64,000 nt of DNA, from the IMG/VR virus record IMGVR_UViG_3300014205_005221, positions 122,051-186,050 of that record; one strand, given 5' to 3'. This DNA comes from a virus (taxonomy: Duplodnaviria; Caudoviricetes). Positions 28,086 through 37,998 of the stretch are shown one piece after another. A program made the translations under genes and the position numbers. Each line of letters opens with the position of its first letter. The stretch's first letter is position 1. The notes under the pieces are model-generated. The model did not search any database. It saw only the letters and a program-made list of their open reading frames with translations, and had not been told where the DNA came from.

Positions 28086-28687
28086 TCCGTCGAACCGTCC
28101 CCGGTCTCAGGCGCATCGTTGGGAACCACGACAACATCCGAGCCGCCTGGAACCACCGTGACCGTAGTCAGAGGCGGAGCTGTGGTGGTCGGGGTGACAG
28201 TCACAGTGGTCGGCGGAGCCGGAGCGCACGCCTTCAACTTGTCATCGATCAGTAGATTGAGCTTGGCCTGCGCGTCTGCCAGAACCTTCTTCAGCTCCGT
28301 CAAAGGCGTGGTGCTTGCAGCATTGATAAACGCCGTCACCGCAGCAACGAAATCACCCTGAGCCTTGGTCAGCTTGGTCTGCAGGTCCAACAGAACCGCA
28401 ACCGACGCCTTCGCTGCAACCGCCGAAGCGTACGCATCTCCAGCCTTCGCAAGCACATCCTGCTTCAAAAGAACCTGCGTCTGCAAACCCGCGAGCGCGG
28501 TATCCGCGTCAGCCAACTTGTCGGAAGCGTCGACTACCACCTGAGCCTGAGCCACCACACGAACTGTCGCGGTCACACACCCAGCAGAGTCCGGGCCAAC
28601 GGCAGGTGCTGCTGCCGCCAGCGGAGCAAACACTGACAGCGAAGCGGCTACCAAGCCGCTCACCACCAGCAAACGGAACTGCTTCAT
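28082..28687 (-). CDS. Secreted helical protein, putative sortase F substrate
   Basis: Signal peptide, Ala-rich coiled coil, P/T linker, C-terminal VPNDAPETGDGS. Confidence 0.7.
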   Translation of the reverse strand: MKQFRLLVVSGLVAASLSVFAPLAAAAPAVGPDSAGCVTATVRVVAQAQVVVDASDKLADADTALAGLQTQVLLKQDVLAKAGDAYASAVAAKASVAVLLDLQTKLTKAQGDFVAAVTAFINAASTTPLTELKKVLADAQAKLNLLIDDKLKACAPAPPTTVTVTPTTTAPPLTTVTVVPGGSDVVVVPNDAPETGDGSTE

Positions 28688-28735
28688 CTCACGGTCTCCT
28701 TGATCGGGGATGAGACCTTACGGGTAGCTATTCGG

Positions 28736-29419
28736 CTATGCAGTCTCACTTACACAAGTGTAAGTAGGAAAGCTGTCGTCCGCGTTTGATCGTGTGCAGC
28801 GGATGTTTTCCAACGGGCTAGAACTAGGAAAAATGAACTCCGCTGGCGGCTGACCCGGAGCACCCGCAGGTCCCTGCGCCCCAGGCGGACCCGTGTCGCC
28901 CTGCGCCCCCTGCACGCCCTGAGGACCCTGCACGCCCTGGATACCCTGCGCGCCAGCGGTGCCCGGCTCACCCGGAGTACCGGCCGTACCTGGCTCACCA
29001 GGCGTACCCGCGATACCCGGCTCACCAGGAACACCCTGCGGGCCCGTAGCACCGGGGATGCCCGGAATGGGGGCGATCTTGACCCGCTCAGCCTGCGAAC
29101 ACAGACCGGACGGCAGAGAACTCTTGGCATCGGAGTCCGCGCACGCTTCAGAGATTTGGCTCGCCAGCGTCTTAGCCTGCCCAGCGGTGGCATCGCGCTG
29201 CTGCACCACCAAATCCTTCTGGGTGGTGACATTTTCGACCTGGCGGTTGCTGGTCTTCACGGACAACACCAACGCCGTAGCCGCAACGATGAGAGCAACC
29301 CCGACCAGCACCGGCCACAGACGCTTGAGCAGCGAAAGAAAATCCGGACGGTTATGTCGAGAACGATTTTTGGGACGGTTCGCGGGTACGCCCGCAGGCA
29401 TCGGGAACGCTCGGGTCAT
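28736..29419 (-). CDS. Membrane-anchored collagen-like protein
   Basis: One TM helix, coiled coil and a long G-X-Y run. Confidence 0.8.
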   Translation of the reverse strand: MTRAFPMPAGVPANRPKNRSRHNRPDFLSLLKRLWPVLVGVALIVAATALVLSVKTSNRQVENVTTQKDLVVQQRDATAGQAKTLASQISEACADSDAKSSLPSGLCSQAERVKIAPIPGIPGATGPQGVPGEPGIAGTPGEPGTAGTPGEPGTAGAQGIQGVQGPQGVQGAQGDTGPPGAQGPAGAPGQPPAEFIFPSSSPLENIRCTRSNADDSFPTYTCVSETA

Positions 29420-29865
29420 GTCAAGTCACCACAGTTCGGAGGCGGTGGCAGAGGTGCGGCTGCCCGAACCCTCTCCAATTCACGGATTGCAGAAATATAC
29501 TTCTGAGTCTCACGAGCAGCCGCTTCACGATCACCAGCCAGCGTGGCGGTCAACAGCTCCACCTGAGCCTGCGTCTCCACGCGCTGAGCTTCACTGCGAT
29601 CAGTCAGCGCCTGAGAAACAGCTTTATTGTATGTAATCTGGCAGGAAGTAGTTCGATAGTAACTAATTCCGGAAAGAACAACTAAGATGAGGATGGCTAA
29701 TCCAACAAACGAACGGAAAAGCTCAAACTTGGTAGCCCTCACCCTCTTACCTCCGGTCGTTGTTGCATCAGCCTGGGCAGACCGAATGGCCAGCCAACAT
29801 GTAGCCCAACCCAGCACAAAGCCGCCACCAGACCACAGCAGTGCGGAGTACAGGGAAGGAGCCAT
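29416..29865 (-). CDS. Two-TM membrane protein
   Basis: Hydrophobic helices, operonic. Confidence 0.7.
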   Translation of the reverse strand: MAPSLYSALLWSGGGFVLGWATCWLAIRSAQADATTTGGKRVRATKFELFRSFVGLAILILVVLSGISYYRTTSCQITYNKAVSQALTDRSEAQRVETQAQVELLTATLAGDREAAARETQKYISAIRELERVRAAAPLPPPPNCGDLT

Positions 29866-30101
29866 TAGTCGACCTTTGCCGGTTCCGGATCTTCCTCTTC
29901 TTTATCCTCTTCAGGATTGCCGTTCTTGTCCTTGTTGGACCTACGCGACAGGGCTAACGCTCCACCAACAATAGCCATAAAAATACCATTGATAGCAACG
30001 TCCGGACTGTAGTCCTCAACAATGAACTGCGCCGCAAAATTAATGGCCCAGACCACAGTGACGACAACAATGATCGCCGTCGCCAGTGGCTTAGGGATCA
30101 C
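29865..30101 (-). CDS. Two-TM membrane protein (holin-like)
   Basis: Two TM helices and a charged tail. Confidence 0.65.
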   Translation of the reverse strand: MIPKPLATAIIVVVTVVWAINFAAQFIVEDYSPDVAINGIFMAIVGGALALSRRSNKDKNGNPEEDKEEEDPEPAKVD

Positions 30102-30475
30102 TCTTTCGTCCTATGCTCAGGCCGATTAACCGGCGGAACCTCATACCGAAGTCGCCACGCTCCCCACAGCATCAGACTGACGCCGATCAAGCTGAGAGCA
30201 AGGCGATAATGAGCATGATCGCCAATGTGGTCAACTTCAGTACCGATCACGATCATGGCAAACAAACACTGAGCAGTCAGTCGAGCCTGCTGTCCTGAAG
30301 CTCGGGCATTCAGCACTAACCGTGGTGTCCACACGATTAACGCAAGTCCCAACAACATCGTGATTACTCGTACAATGTCGACCCAAAAAACAAGAGGCCA
30401 GGCAAACGGGGTGCCAGGTCCATCAGGAGCACAGAGTGCGTAGCAATCCCTTGCGTATAAGATTGTCGGTAACAC
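30098..30475 (-). CDS. Three-TM membrane protein
   Basis: Hydrophobic helices. Confidence 0.65.
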   Translation of the reverse strand: MLPTILYARDCYALCAPDGPGTPFAWPLVFWVDIVRVITMLLGLALIVWTPRLVLNARASGQQARLTAQCLFAMIVIGTEVDHIGDHAHYRLALSLIGVSLMLWGAWRLRYEVPPVNRPEHRTKE

Positions 30476-30507
30476 AGCTTGAACCCCCGCTCAAGCGGAA
30501 GCTCAAA

Positions 30508-30771
30508 TTAGGATTTATTGAGCTTCTTGGACATGCCAAACTGCTTTAAAGCTGCCTGAGGCGAATCAAACTTCTGCTTGTAATTGTCCCAGGATCCAGA
30601 CCACTTGTCGCCAATACGCTTCACCACGGCCACCTTCGCGCCCTTGGCATCCACGATCTGGCGCTGGCCCGGAGGAAGCGTCGGGTTGGACGCAAACCGA
30701 TAGCCACTCGACGTTGTGGAATCCGCCGAGCTGTCCTTCTTCTTGTTCACCCACGGAGGTGCGGCGCCCAT
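30508..30771 (-). CDS. Hypothetical basic protein
   Basis: Coupled to the upstream gene. Confidence 0.6.
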   Translation of the reverse strand: MGAAPPWVNKKKDSSADSTTSSGYRFASNPTLPPGQRQIVDAKGAKVAVVKRIGDKWSGSWDNYKQKFDSPQAALKQFGMSKKLNKS

Positions 30772-31649
30772 CAGCCGTTGCCCTTCGATTTGGGCGCCTT
30801 GGCCGGGTTCTTGATCGGCCCCTGCGCGATGTACTGCCGATAGAGACGCTTCACAGAGGCGGGAACCATCGCCGTAAGCCCGAGAGCCTGCGCCGCCTTC
30901 ACCACCTCAGCTGCAGCAGCCCCACGCTTGCCATCCGGCAACCGCTCAATCTGTCCGAGAGCGCTTTTCAGCTTTCCCTCATTGCCGATGTCCCCAAAAA
31001 CCTTGCCGCCCTTGTACGTCTTCTCTCGGGCAACGTCTTTGAGCGAGGAACGAAGCTTGTCCGCAGTGGCCTTAGCCCCTGCCGAACTACCTGTCTTCGC
31101 TACGGTCTTCAGAGCATCGCCACCAGGGGCACCCTGACCCAGCTGCGTGCCGATCGGCTTCCGATACCGACGAGCACCCGCCATCGTGCGAACCCGAGCC
31201 AGCGCGATCTCTTCGCTGTCACCGGTAGACGCCTTGCGCAATTCGAGAACGCCCGACAACGCGCCCGCACGGCGTGACGCTGACGCGGCCACGAACTCCA
31301 TACGAACCTTCTGCGGCGCGCCGAACTTCACATCGTCAACCGACGTGCCCGGAGCAGCCACGGTGTAGGGAATCCGCAAGAATCCCTCAGATTCGGAGTC
31401 ATCACACGAAACAATGACGTGATCAGTCCACAACTCTTTAATGTACGCATGCATCAAAGGGTCGCGAACAACTCGCTCTGGCTCAATCTCATCTGAGACA
31501 GCATGCAAGGTGGACTTATACGCTTCCCTGCGACGCTGCCTCAGTGCATACCACGCAGACCGCACCAACTCAGTGTTAAACCGAGAAACTGGTGCGGCCT
31601 GCGCCGCAGCAACTTTCTGCAGCGCCGTTAAATCCGACGCCTCAGACAT
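30771..31649 (-). CDS. Hypothetical protein, probably virion-associated
   Basis: Late region; RVRT..GARRY..PIG motif. Confidence 0.65.
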   Translation of the reverse strand: MSEASDLTALQKVAAAQAAPVSRFNTELVRSAWYALRQRRREAYKSTLHAVSDEIEPERVVRDPLMHAYIKELWTDHVIVSCDDSESEGFLRIPYTVAAPGTSVDDVKFGAPQKVRMEFVAASASRRAGALSGVLELRKASTGDSEEIALARVRTMAGARRYRKPIGTQLGQGAPGGDALKTVAKTGSSAGAKATADKLRSSLKDVAREKTYKGGKVFGDIGNEGKLKSALGQIERLPDGKRGAAAAEVVKAAQALGLTAMVPASVKRLYRQYIAQGPIKNPAKAPKSKGNG

Positions 31650-31652
31650 GTG

Positions 31653-31982
31653 TCAGCTCTTGCCCGGGAGGCGAGTAGCGCCAGCCTTGGTAGTGGACTC
31701 ACTGGAGTGGGTCAACTCACCGGTGTCACGATCCAGCGTGTGCTGCTGAACGCGGTCGCCGGGGCGCGGGTTGTCGGTCATGACGGTCACCCAGTCATCG
31801 CCAACCTTGCGCTCCACGAGAACCGAGCCCTCATAGCGAGTGTGGCCCGCGAACTCGCCATCCTCAGAGACGTTGTCGCCCTCCTGCGGGAAATCCCCGG
31901 AGACGACCTTGTCGCCGCTGTGAACAGCCTTAGTGGCGGAGCCAGCCTTCTGAGCTGGGGTCCTCTTGTCATCGTCGGCCAT
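31653..31982 (-). CDS. Hypothetical protein
   Basis: AGGAG RBS; CGAAGAC upstream at 32045. Confidence 0.65.
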   Translation of the reverse strand: MADDDKRTPAQKAGSATKAVHSGDKVVSGDFPQEGDNVSEDGEFAGHTRYEGSVLVERKVGDDWVTVMTDNPRPGDRVQQHTLDRDTGELTHSSESTTKAGATRLPGKS

Positions 31983-32094
31983 CAGGCACTCCTAGTCGAT
32001 CTAGAAAACTCGACACCCGAGCAGGCGGATGCCGTGGCACTGAAGTCTTCGACGCGAAGGACAGATCCATGACAAAGTCAGCAATGACTGACTA

Positions 32095-32769
32095 TCAGAA
32101 GCCCATCAGGAAAAAGTCACCGGTGATTTCTGTAGCAGCGACGGGAGTGGGATCGAGCGCGAACCGCATGTTGGCCCACACCGCACCAGAAGCAGATGTC
32201 ATGTTTGTAGTTCCGGTAGATCCTGCAGAACCGATTACCTTACACGCAGCTCCGTGACTCGCATCGTTACCAACGATAGAGTCGTAGTTAGAGCCACCGT
32301 ACATAATGGTTGCAGAGTTTGTAACTGTGCTGTTTACACCATTGTCAAACTGACTCCACAACCACACGGCCATTGAGCCCGGGTCAGTAATAGTCATTGC
32401 GGCACCGGTCATCGTGACGCCCGAACCGTTTGTTGCGCTAGGCGCCACTTCAAACGGATTTGCACGGACGGGGACACCCGAGAACGCCGACAAAATGCCC
32501 CAGCCTCCCGCAGTGTTCGTGGTTACCGCAGGAGAAGTCTGCCCAGACGCGGCAAACTTCCAAAACATTGCAGTTCTATATGTATTAGCAGTGTTAGCAA
32601 TAGTTACGCCAGCATTCCAACCTGAAGGCGTAGCAATTGTCGCAGATGAGCTATGTGTAATATGCGCGCACAGAAAATCATTGATCTGCCACCCGGAAGG
32701 CATAGCCGGAGTAGTGGTTCCCGACGTGCCCTCAAATCGAGCACTCGCAGAACGAAACGCGATAGCCAT
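32095..32769 (-). CDS. Putative minor structural/fibre protein
   Basis: S/T/G/A-rich beta protein; P.GW motifs. Confidence 0.6.
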   Translation of the reverse strand: MAIAFRSASARFEGTSGTTTPAMPSGWQINDFLCAHITHSSSATIATPSGWNAGVTIANTANTYRTAMFWKFAASGQTSPAVTTNTAGGWGILSAFSGVPVRANPFEVAPSATNGSGVTMTGAAMTITDPGSMAVWLWSQFDNGVNSTVTNSATIMYGGSNYDSIVGNDASHGAACKVIGSAGSTGTTNMTSASGAVWANMRFALDPTPVAATEITGDFFLMGF

Positions 32770-32772
32770 CTG

Positions 32773-34941
32773 TCAGCTCTGAATCTGAGCGGCCAGCACG
32801 AACCATCCGGTACCCGATCGGTTCCGTAGTCCGAGGAACAGTCGCTTGTTGATGGGGACGGCAATCGGAGTAGCGATGCCAGACGTCAGCAGCAACGAAC
32901 CATTCAAAGTCAACGTGAGCGCGGCGTTGGCGGTGATTTCGTAGTTAATCTGATCACCATCAATTCCCTGAGTGGGAACTGCCAATGTAGCAGTGGCACC
33001 AGTGGTAGTTACTCGATACACAGTGGCAATAGTGGAATCTACGTTAATAGTTCCACCGTTAGCAACGTTAGAAAGAGTGGTAATTACCGGCTCTACACGA
33101 CCGCCAACAATATGCCAGTTTGCACCGTCTGAAATAACCTCACGGAACCCACCAGACATTGAAATTACTTCAGTAAGCTGTCCGTCAATAGTTTCGGTGC
33201 CGTTAGGGTCGATAGTCAACGCATTCGCGACACTACCGGCCAACTTCTTGATGATGAACCGACGACCCGTACGGCCAGCCGCCGTAGGAAGGGTCGCAGT
33301 CATTGCGGCAGATGCTGTGTTGAAAACAACTACGCCATCAGTATCTACAAGAGTATAGCTAGCAGTCTTAACCGAGTACGGGCCTAAAATCAGCTGATAG
33401 TTTGTGTGATCGTTAGCAGCTGGATTAACGTGATCATCAAAAGTGACTTTAGGCGTGTAATACGAAACCAACGAGTCCGGCTGACCCGGGGAATGCGAAA
33501 ACGCGTGTGTCGTAGGAACACGTGCGTTGGTCATACGAGAGTCATCACCGGCAGCCACGGTGCTCGCCGCCGTGCCCACCGGAAGGTTTCCGTAGGGAAC
33601 CTTGGACGACCCATCCAACGGCGCGTACCCCGACGCCGCACCACGAGCCGACAAATCCTGCTTCAGGTTCAAAGCGGTCTGTTCCGCTGTAGAAATTGGC
33701 TTGTTAGCATCAGAAGTATTGTCGACGTTACCCAGTCCCACATCGCCCTTGGCAAGGGCAAGAGTGGCTTTCAGCTGCGCAGGAGTACGCGACGACCATG
33801 CACCCGCAACGGACTGAACAACATTATCTGTTGTGGCAGTAAGCGCTGCAATCGCCGTAAGATCAGCATCAAGAGGCTGCTTACCATCCAAAGCAGTCTG
33901 CTGTGCAGACGATACCGGCTTATTGGCATCTGAGGTGTTGTCAACGTTTCCAAGACCAACATGAGTCTTGGTAATTCCCGTAGGCGTACCGGTAAACGCA
34001 GGTGACGCCAGCGGAGCCTTCAAGTCCAAAGCGCTCTGCGTAGCCGAAGAAACAGGCTTGGACGAATCCGAAGTGTTGTCGACGTTTCCAAGGCCGACGT
34101 CCGCCTTGACCAGACCAAGAGCAGTCTTGAACTGCGCGTAAGTCTTCTTAATCCACCCGGCGCCGTCCGATGCAATTGCGCCAGCCGTAGACGCGTCGAG
34201 AGCAGCAATGGTTGTCAGATCAGAGTCTGACGCCTGCTTACCGTCCAGCGCGGTCTGCGTAGCAGAGCTGATCGGCTTATTTGCGTCAGACGTATTATCT
34301 ACGTTACCCAGACCAACGTGTGTCTTGGTGATTCCCGTCGGAGTACCCGTGAATGCGGGAGAGGCAAGAGGCGCCTTCAAATCCAGCGCACTCTGCTGTG
34401 CGGACGACACCGGCTTCGAAGCGTCAGCCGTGTTGTCAACGTTTGCGAGTCCCACATCAGACTTGGACAACGCCAGCGACGTCTTCAGCTGAGCCGGAGT
34501 CCGAGACGCCCACGCAGAACCGACTGACTGAATTACGTTATCAGTAGTGGCTGTGAGTCCAGCAATAGTGGTCAAGTCAGAATCTAACGGCTGCTTGCCG
34601 TCTAAAGCGGTCTGCTGCGCAGAAGATACAGGCTTAGCAGAGTCCGCCGTATTATCCACATTGCCAAGGCCAACATCGCTCTTGACCAAACCCAGCGTCG
34701 CTTTGAGCTGAGCAGGCGTACGTGACGCCCACGAAGAACCGACTGACTGCAGCACATTGTTCGTGGTCGCAGTCAGTCCGGCGATAGTCGTCAGGTCAGA
34801 ATCGAGAGCCTGCTTACCGTCAAGAGCGGTCTGTGTAGCAGAAGATACGGGCTTGTTGGCGTCAGAAGTATTATCTACGTTCCCTAACCCAACATCAGAC
34901 TTATTCGGCAGCTCGTACTGAGCCTTCTTCAGCTTAGTCAT
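32773..34941 (-). CDS. Tail-fibre-like repeat protein
   Basis: Seven KxxVGL(G/A)NVDNT(S/A)DxxKP(V/I)S repeats; C-terminal TLP.A...G.ETIDG...SDG.NW fibre motif. Confidence 0.8.
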   Translation of the reverse strand: MTKLKKAQYELPNKSDVGLGNVDNTSDANKPVSSATQTALDGKQALDSDLTTIAGLTATTNNVLQSVGSSWASRTPAQLKATLGLVKSDVGLGNVDNTADSAKPVSSAQQTALDGKQPLDSDLTTIAGLTATTDNVIQSVGSAWASRTPAQLKTSLALSKSDVGLANVDNTADASKPVSSAQQSALDLKAPLASPAFTGTPTGITKTHVGLGNVDNTSDANKPISSATQTALDGKQASDSDLTTIAALDASTAGAIASDGAGWIKKTYAQFKTALGLVKADVGLGNVDNTSDSSKPVSSATQSALDLKAPLASPAFTGTPTGITKTHVGLGNVDNTSDANKPVSSAQQTALDGKQPLDADLTAIAALTATTDNVVQSVAGAWSSRTPAQLKATLALAKGDVGLGNVDNTSDANKPISTAEQTALNLKQDLSARGAASGYAPLDGSSKVPYGNLPVGTAASTVAAGDDSRMTNARVPTTHAFSHSPGQPDSLVSYYTPKVTFDDHVNPAANDHTNYQLILGPYSVKTASYTLVDTDGVVVFNTASAAMTATLPTAAGRTGRRFIIKKLAGSVANALTIDPNGTETIDGQLTEVISMSGGFREVISDGANWHIVGGRVEPVITTLSNVANGGTINVDSTIATVYRVTTTGATATLAVPTQGIDGDQINYEITANAALTLTLNGSLLLTSGIATPIAVPINKRLFLGLRNRSGTGWFVLAAQIQS

Positions 34942-34949
34942 GCCGCTCC

Positions 34950-35552
34950 TTACAGCGCGTACATATTCAGAACGGCATCAGTCAGCGTTGGGCGCTCATT
35001 TCCGCTCAAGGCTGTGACGAGCGCACCCACCAGTCCGCTCAACAGGCCCTGTCCACTCATTCGGTACGCAGTAGACTTGATCTGCAACTGCGCGCCGTAC
35101 TGGCGAACTGGTGCCGAGGAATACACCGGGTACTCGAAATGCACCGCTCCGTTGGGAGACACCACCTGATCCGGCATGTCCACCCGGCCCAAGGAATCCG
35201 GCAGCGGAAAATAGATAGGGGAGCCCGGGACAGGGCACATGAAACGAACCGACAGCTTCACGTACGTATTCTGAGTATTCAGAGCCATGGCAAGATCTAG
35301 GGAAATGCTATAGCTCTGTTCAGCAGTCATACTCTGATTCGGCCAAATAAGCTGATTTGTGTAATCATATCTAGAGACCGGAAACGTGTTCATGTCACGC
35401 GTAGACGCACCCGATGCAAACGGGATGACCTGCCAATCGCCAGTAAGCGTCAGCGGCGAAGCACGGTTCATCGAGACACGCTGTCGAGGTGTAGCCGGGA
35501 GCATGTCTTTCGCACGGTCCTGACTTGACACATATAAACGCATGTCAGCCAT
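34950..35552 (-). CDS. Putative minor structural protein
   Basis: Position within the fibre operon. Confidence 0.55.
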   Translation of the reverse strand: MADMRLYVSSQDRAKDMLPATPRQRVSMNRASPLTLTGDWQVIPFASGASTRDMNTFPVSRYDYTNQLIWPNQSMTAEQSYSISLDLAMALNTQNTYVKLSVRFMCPVPGSPIYFPLPDSLGRVDMPDQVVSPNGAVHFEYPVYSSAPVRQYGAQLQIKSTAYRMSGQGLLSGLVGALVTALSGNERPTLTDAVLNMYAL

Positions 35553-36475
35553 TACGCTGTCTCCGTTCCGAGCACACCGCCCGACATGAACAAGCGGTAA
35601 TTCACTCCGCTAACGCGGTCCTTGAGGACCACACCTTTAGTTGCGTCCGTTACAGCAATGTCCTCGCTAAAAGACCCGGCAAACACAGCAGCCTTGGAAT
35701 AGACGATCACGACCTTGTCGCCCGACACGAACGCACCCTCAGCGGGAGTGACCTCTACCGTGGTCGATGTAGGCAATGTGTATTCCGACGTTTGCAACTG
35801 CTGACCATTCAGAAATACAAGCTGAACGCCGTAATTTGTCTGCGCAAGAGTAAAAGTTTTTGGAGTACCCGCAGTTGGTGAAAACGTCTCTACAGCATAC
35901 GGCTGAAACGTATTGACCGTGTATGCACCAGCAGTTGCTGAAATAACAATTTTATCAGTAGCATCGTTAGGCGCAATAGTGACGTTGGCTCCCGCCTCCA
36001 ACGCCGCTCCCAGCGCATCTCGGGCACGCTCATCCGCGTCCGAGATGTTCAGCTTCAAATCAAAAGCAGTCTGCTGCGCAGTGCTTACCGGCTTATTGGC
36101 ATCAGAAGTATTATCAACATTGCCGAGACCAACATCGCCCTTGGCAAGCGCCAGCGTGGCCTTAAGTTGCGCTGGCGTTCGACTAGCCCACGCCGACCCC
36201 ACCGATTGAATAACATTACTTGTTGTAGCAGTGAGGCCAGCAATGGTTGTTAAATCAGAATCAACAGGCTGAGCACCAATATCGGCAGGACTCAACGCAT
36301 CAGGACCGCCAATGGCGTGCGTTGATTTGTGAGCTTTGGGATCACGCGTATCCGAAAGACGGGGATCATTGCCCTCTGCTGCCGTCCCGGCGGTAGATCC
36401 AAACGTCACCGATGCATCTGAACCATCCTCACCCGGAGGACCCTTCAGATTCCCGCGTGCAGTCCACGTAGCCAC
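35552..36475 (-). CDS. Fibre-like protein
   Basis: GNDPRLSD, H..GG.D, one GLGNVDNTSD repeat, VFLNG. Confidence 0.7.
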   Translation of the reverse strand: MATWTARGNLKGPPGEDGSDASVTFGSTAGTAAEGNDPRLSDTRDPKAHKSTHAIGGPDALSPADIGAQPVDSDLTTIAGLTATTSNVIQSVGSAWASRTPAQLKATLALAKGDVGLGNVDNTSDANKPVSTAQQTAFDLKLNISDADERARDALGAALEAGANVTIAPNDATDKIVISATAGAYTVNTFQPYAVETFSPTAGTPKTFTLAQTNYGVQLVFLNGQQLQTSEYTLPTSTTVEVTPAEGAFVSGDKVVIVYSKAAVFAGSFSEDIAVTDATKGVVLKDRVSGVNYRLFMSGGVLGTETA

Positions 36476-36504
36476 GTACTACTCCAGGTATCAGTAACTA
36501 CGAA

Positions 36505-37071
36505 TCAGGGAGTGCGCTCGTAGTATGTTCCGGTAACAGAATCCAGATACCAGTCGCCTACAGCCTGACCAGAGATGGTGCCCGGAACGCCAGCATCGGA
36601 ATACCACTGAGACCCACGAACACCCGCAGATCCCGTATCACCGGTGTCACCCTTCACACCCTGAATACCCTGGATTCCCTGATCACCCTGATCGCCCTTG
36701 GGGCCTGTAGCGCCGGTGTTACCTGGCACGCCCTGGATACCCTGCGCACCCGTGGCACCCGTGGAGCCCTGCACACCCTGAGGACCCTGTGGGCCTCGAA
36801 AGGCCACACCAGAACCGTCAGCCGGGAAGCTGGTGCCGCCCCAGACGTAGAGCTTGCCGTCCGCCTCTACCAGGTAGCCCTTACCGCGATCAGCAAGAGT
36901 GTCTTCCAGGTCATCCGGAAGATCCGCATACGTGGGAACCGTTCCGGCAATGGCGACACCCGCGCCATCCTCACCCGGAACACCCTGGATACCTTGAATA
37001 CCCTGGGCTCCCTGAGGACCCTGATCTCCTTGCGGTCCCTTGATGTTACCGCGCTGAGTCCACGTGGCCAT
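36505..37071 (-). CDS. Collagen-like minor structural protein
   Basis: G-X-Y repeats; GDWYLD..TG..Y. Confidence 0.8.
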   Translation of the reverse strand: MATWTQRGNIKGPQGDQGPQGAQGIQGIQGVPGEDGAGVAIAGTVPTYADLPDDLEDTLADRGKGYLVEADGKLYVWGGTSFPADGSGVAFRGPQGPQGVQGSTGATGAQGIQGVPGNTGATGPKGDQGDQGIQGIQGVKGDTGDTGSAGVRGSQWYSDAGVPGTISGQAVGDWYLDSVTGTYYERTP

Positions 37072-37074
37072 GAA

Positions 37075-37311
37075 CTACACTCCCTCATTCAATTCAAACA
37101 CGTCGCCAGTAATTGTGTCCCAGTAGAAATCGCCTACCTGGGCACCAATAATCAAATCCGGAGGCGGGCCCTCACCCTGCCACCAACGCTCTCCATATCG
37201 AGTACCGGTGCCGCTGTTGACAGGAACTACAGCGACAGAGTCGTGACTATTAATTCGGACAACGGTCGTAGGTGACCGCTCTCCTACGCGGATGATCTGA
37301 ATATGGCTCAT
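37075..37311 (-). CDS. Minor structural protein
   Basis: W..G.GPP...GA..GDFY.DT.TGDV. Confidence 0.65.
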   Translation of the reverse strand: MSHIQIIRVGERSPTTVVRINSHDSVAVVPVNSGTGTRYGERWWQGEGPPPDLIIGAQVGDFYWDTITGDVFELNEGV

Positions 37312-37715
37312 GCGCGGGTGACGTCCCGCGTGCCCGTGATCCGGCCCGAGACCAAAGTGTGCCGTTCCACGTTTGTGCCGGAGCCGCGCTCGATTTCAAT
37401 ATCGAAATCCGCCGAAAACGGATCCCAGCTTTGCGACGCGGACGCTGTATGGACAAGCTGCACGGTCGACGTTTCACCAGTAGATCCGTCATTGCCGTAC
37501 ACAACCTGAGCGCGCCCGAGAATTACGCGCTGATTCCCGGTACTCCATTCCTGGACCGGAGAGCTATCCGTGGGAAGCCGCTTGGCCTGGCAACGGACGA
37601 CCCACCCGCCAACACCGAGATCGACAGGAAGATCGTCAATAAGCACCGCCCACACGGGAGAACTCCACGTGTCACCCAACCGGAAACTAAGTTTAATGTT
37701 TTCCAAAGTTGACAC
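37308..37715 (-). CDS. Putative structural protein
   Basis: GDTW...VDL...G.I....DVT pattern; GGGAG RBS before GTG; CGAAGAC upstream. Confidence 0.55.
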   Translation of the reverse strand: MSTLENIKLSFRLGDTWSSPVWAVLIDDLPVDLGVGGWVVRCQAKRLPTDSSPVQEWSTGNQRVILGRAQVVYGNDGSTGETSTVQLVHTASASQSWDPFSADFDIEIERGSGTNVERHTLVSGRITGTRDVTRA

Positions 37716-37749
37716 TAGATACTCCCTGATCGCTCGCCAAAGTCTTCGA

Positions 37750-37983
37750 CTATGCGAGCTTTTTAGCAGGGCTGCTAGGAGGGGCAAACGCCCGCCGACG
37801 CATCTCCGCGCGCTCCCTACTCATCCAGCGGTCGGGATCGAAACCCCACTTTTCCGCGTCCCACTCAGTAGCTCGATGCTGAATGTCCCACCATTGATCC
37901 AGCAAACTATCTATAACGTCGGGACGAGTTGCGTCTTTGATCTGATCAGCAAGATGCGCGAACGCACCCGGATGGGCCCCCAC
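37750..37983 (-). CDS. Hypothetical protein
   Basis: GGAGG RBS after the endolysin. Confidence 0.5.
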   Translation of the reverse strand: MGAHPGAFAHLADQIKDATRPDVIDSLLDQWWDIQHRATEWDAEKWGFDPDRWMSRERAEMRRRAFAPPSSPAKKLA

Positions 37984-37998
37984 GGTGACCTCCGACAG

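Noticed and set aside
32773-36475. Diversity-generating retroelement template/variable repeats in fibre genes
   Set aside because: Repeats are in-frame protein repeats with synonymous drift, not adenine-specific; no reverse transcriptase in the window
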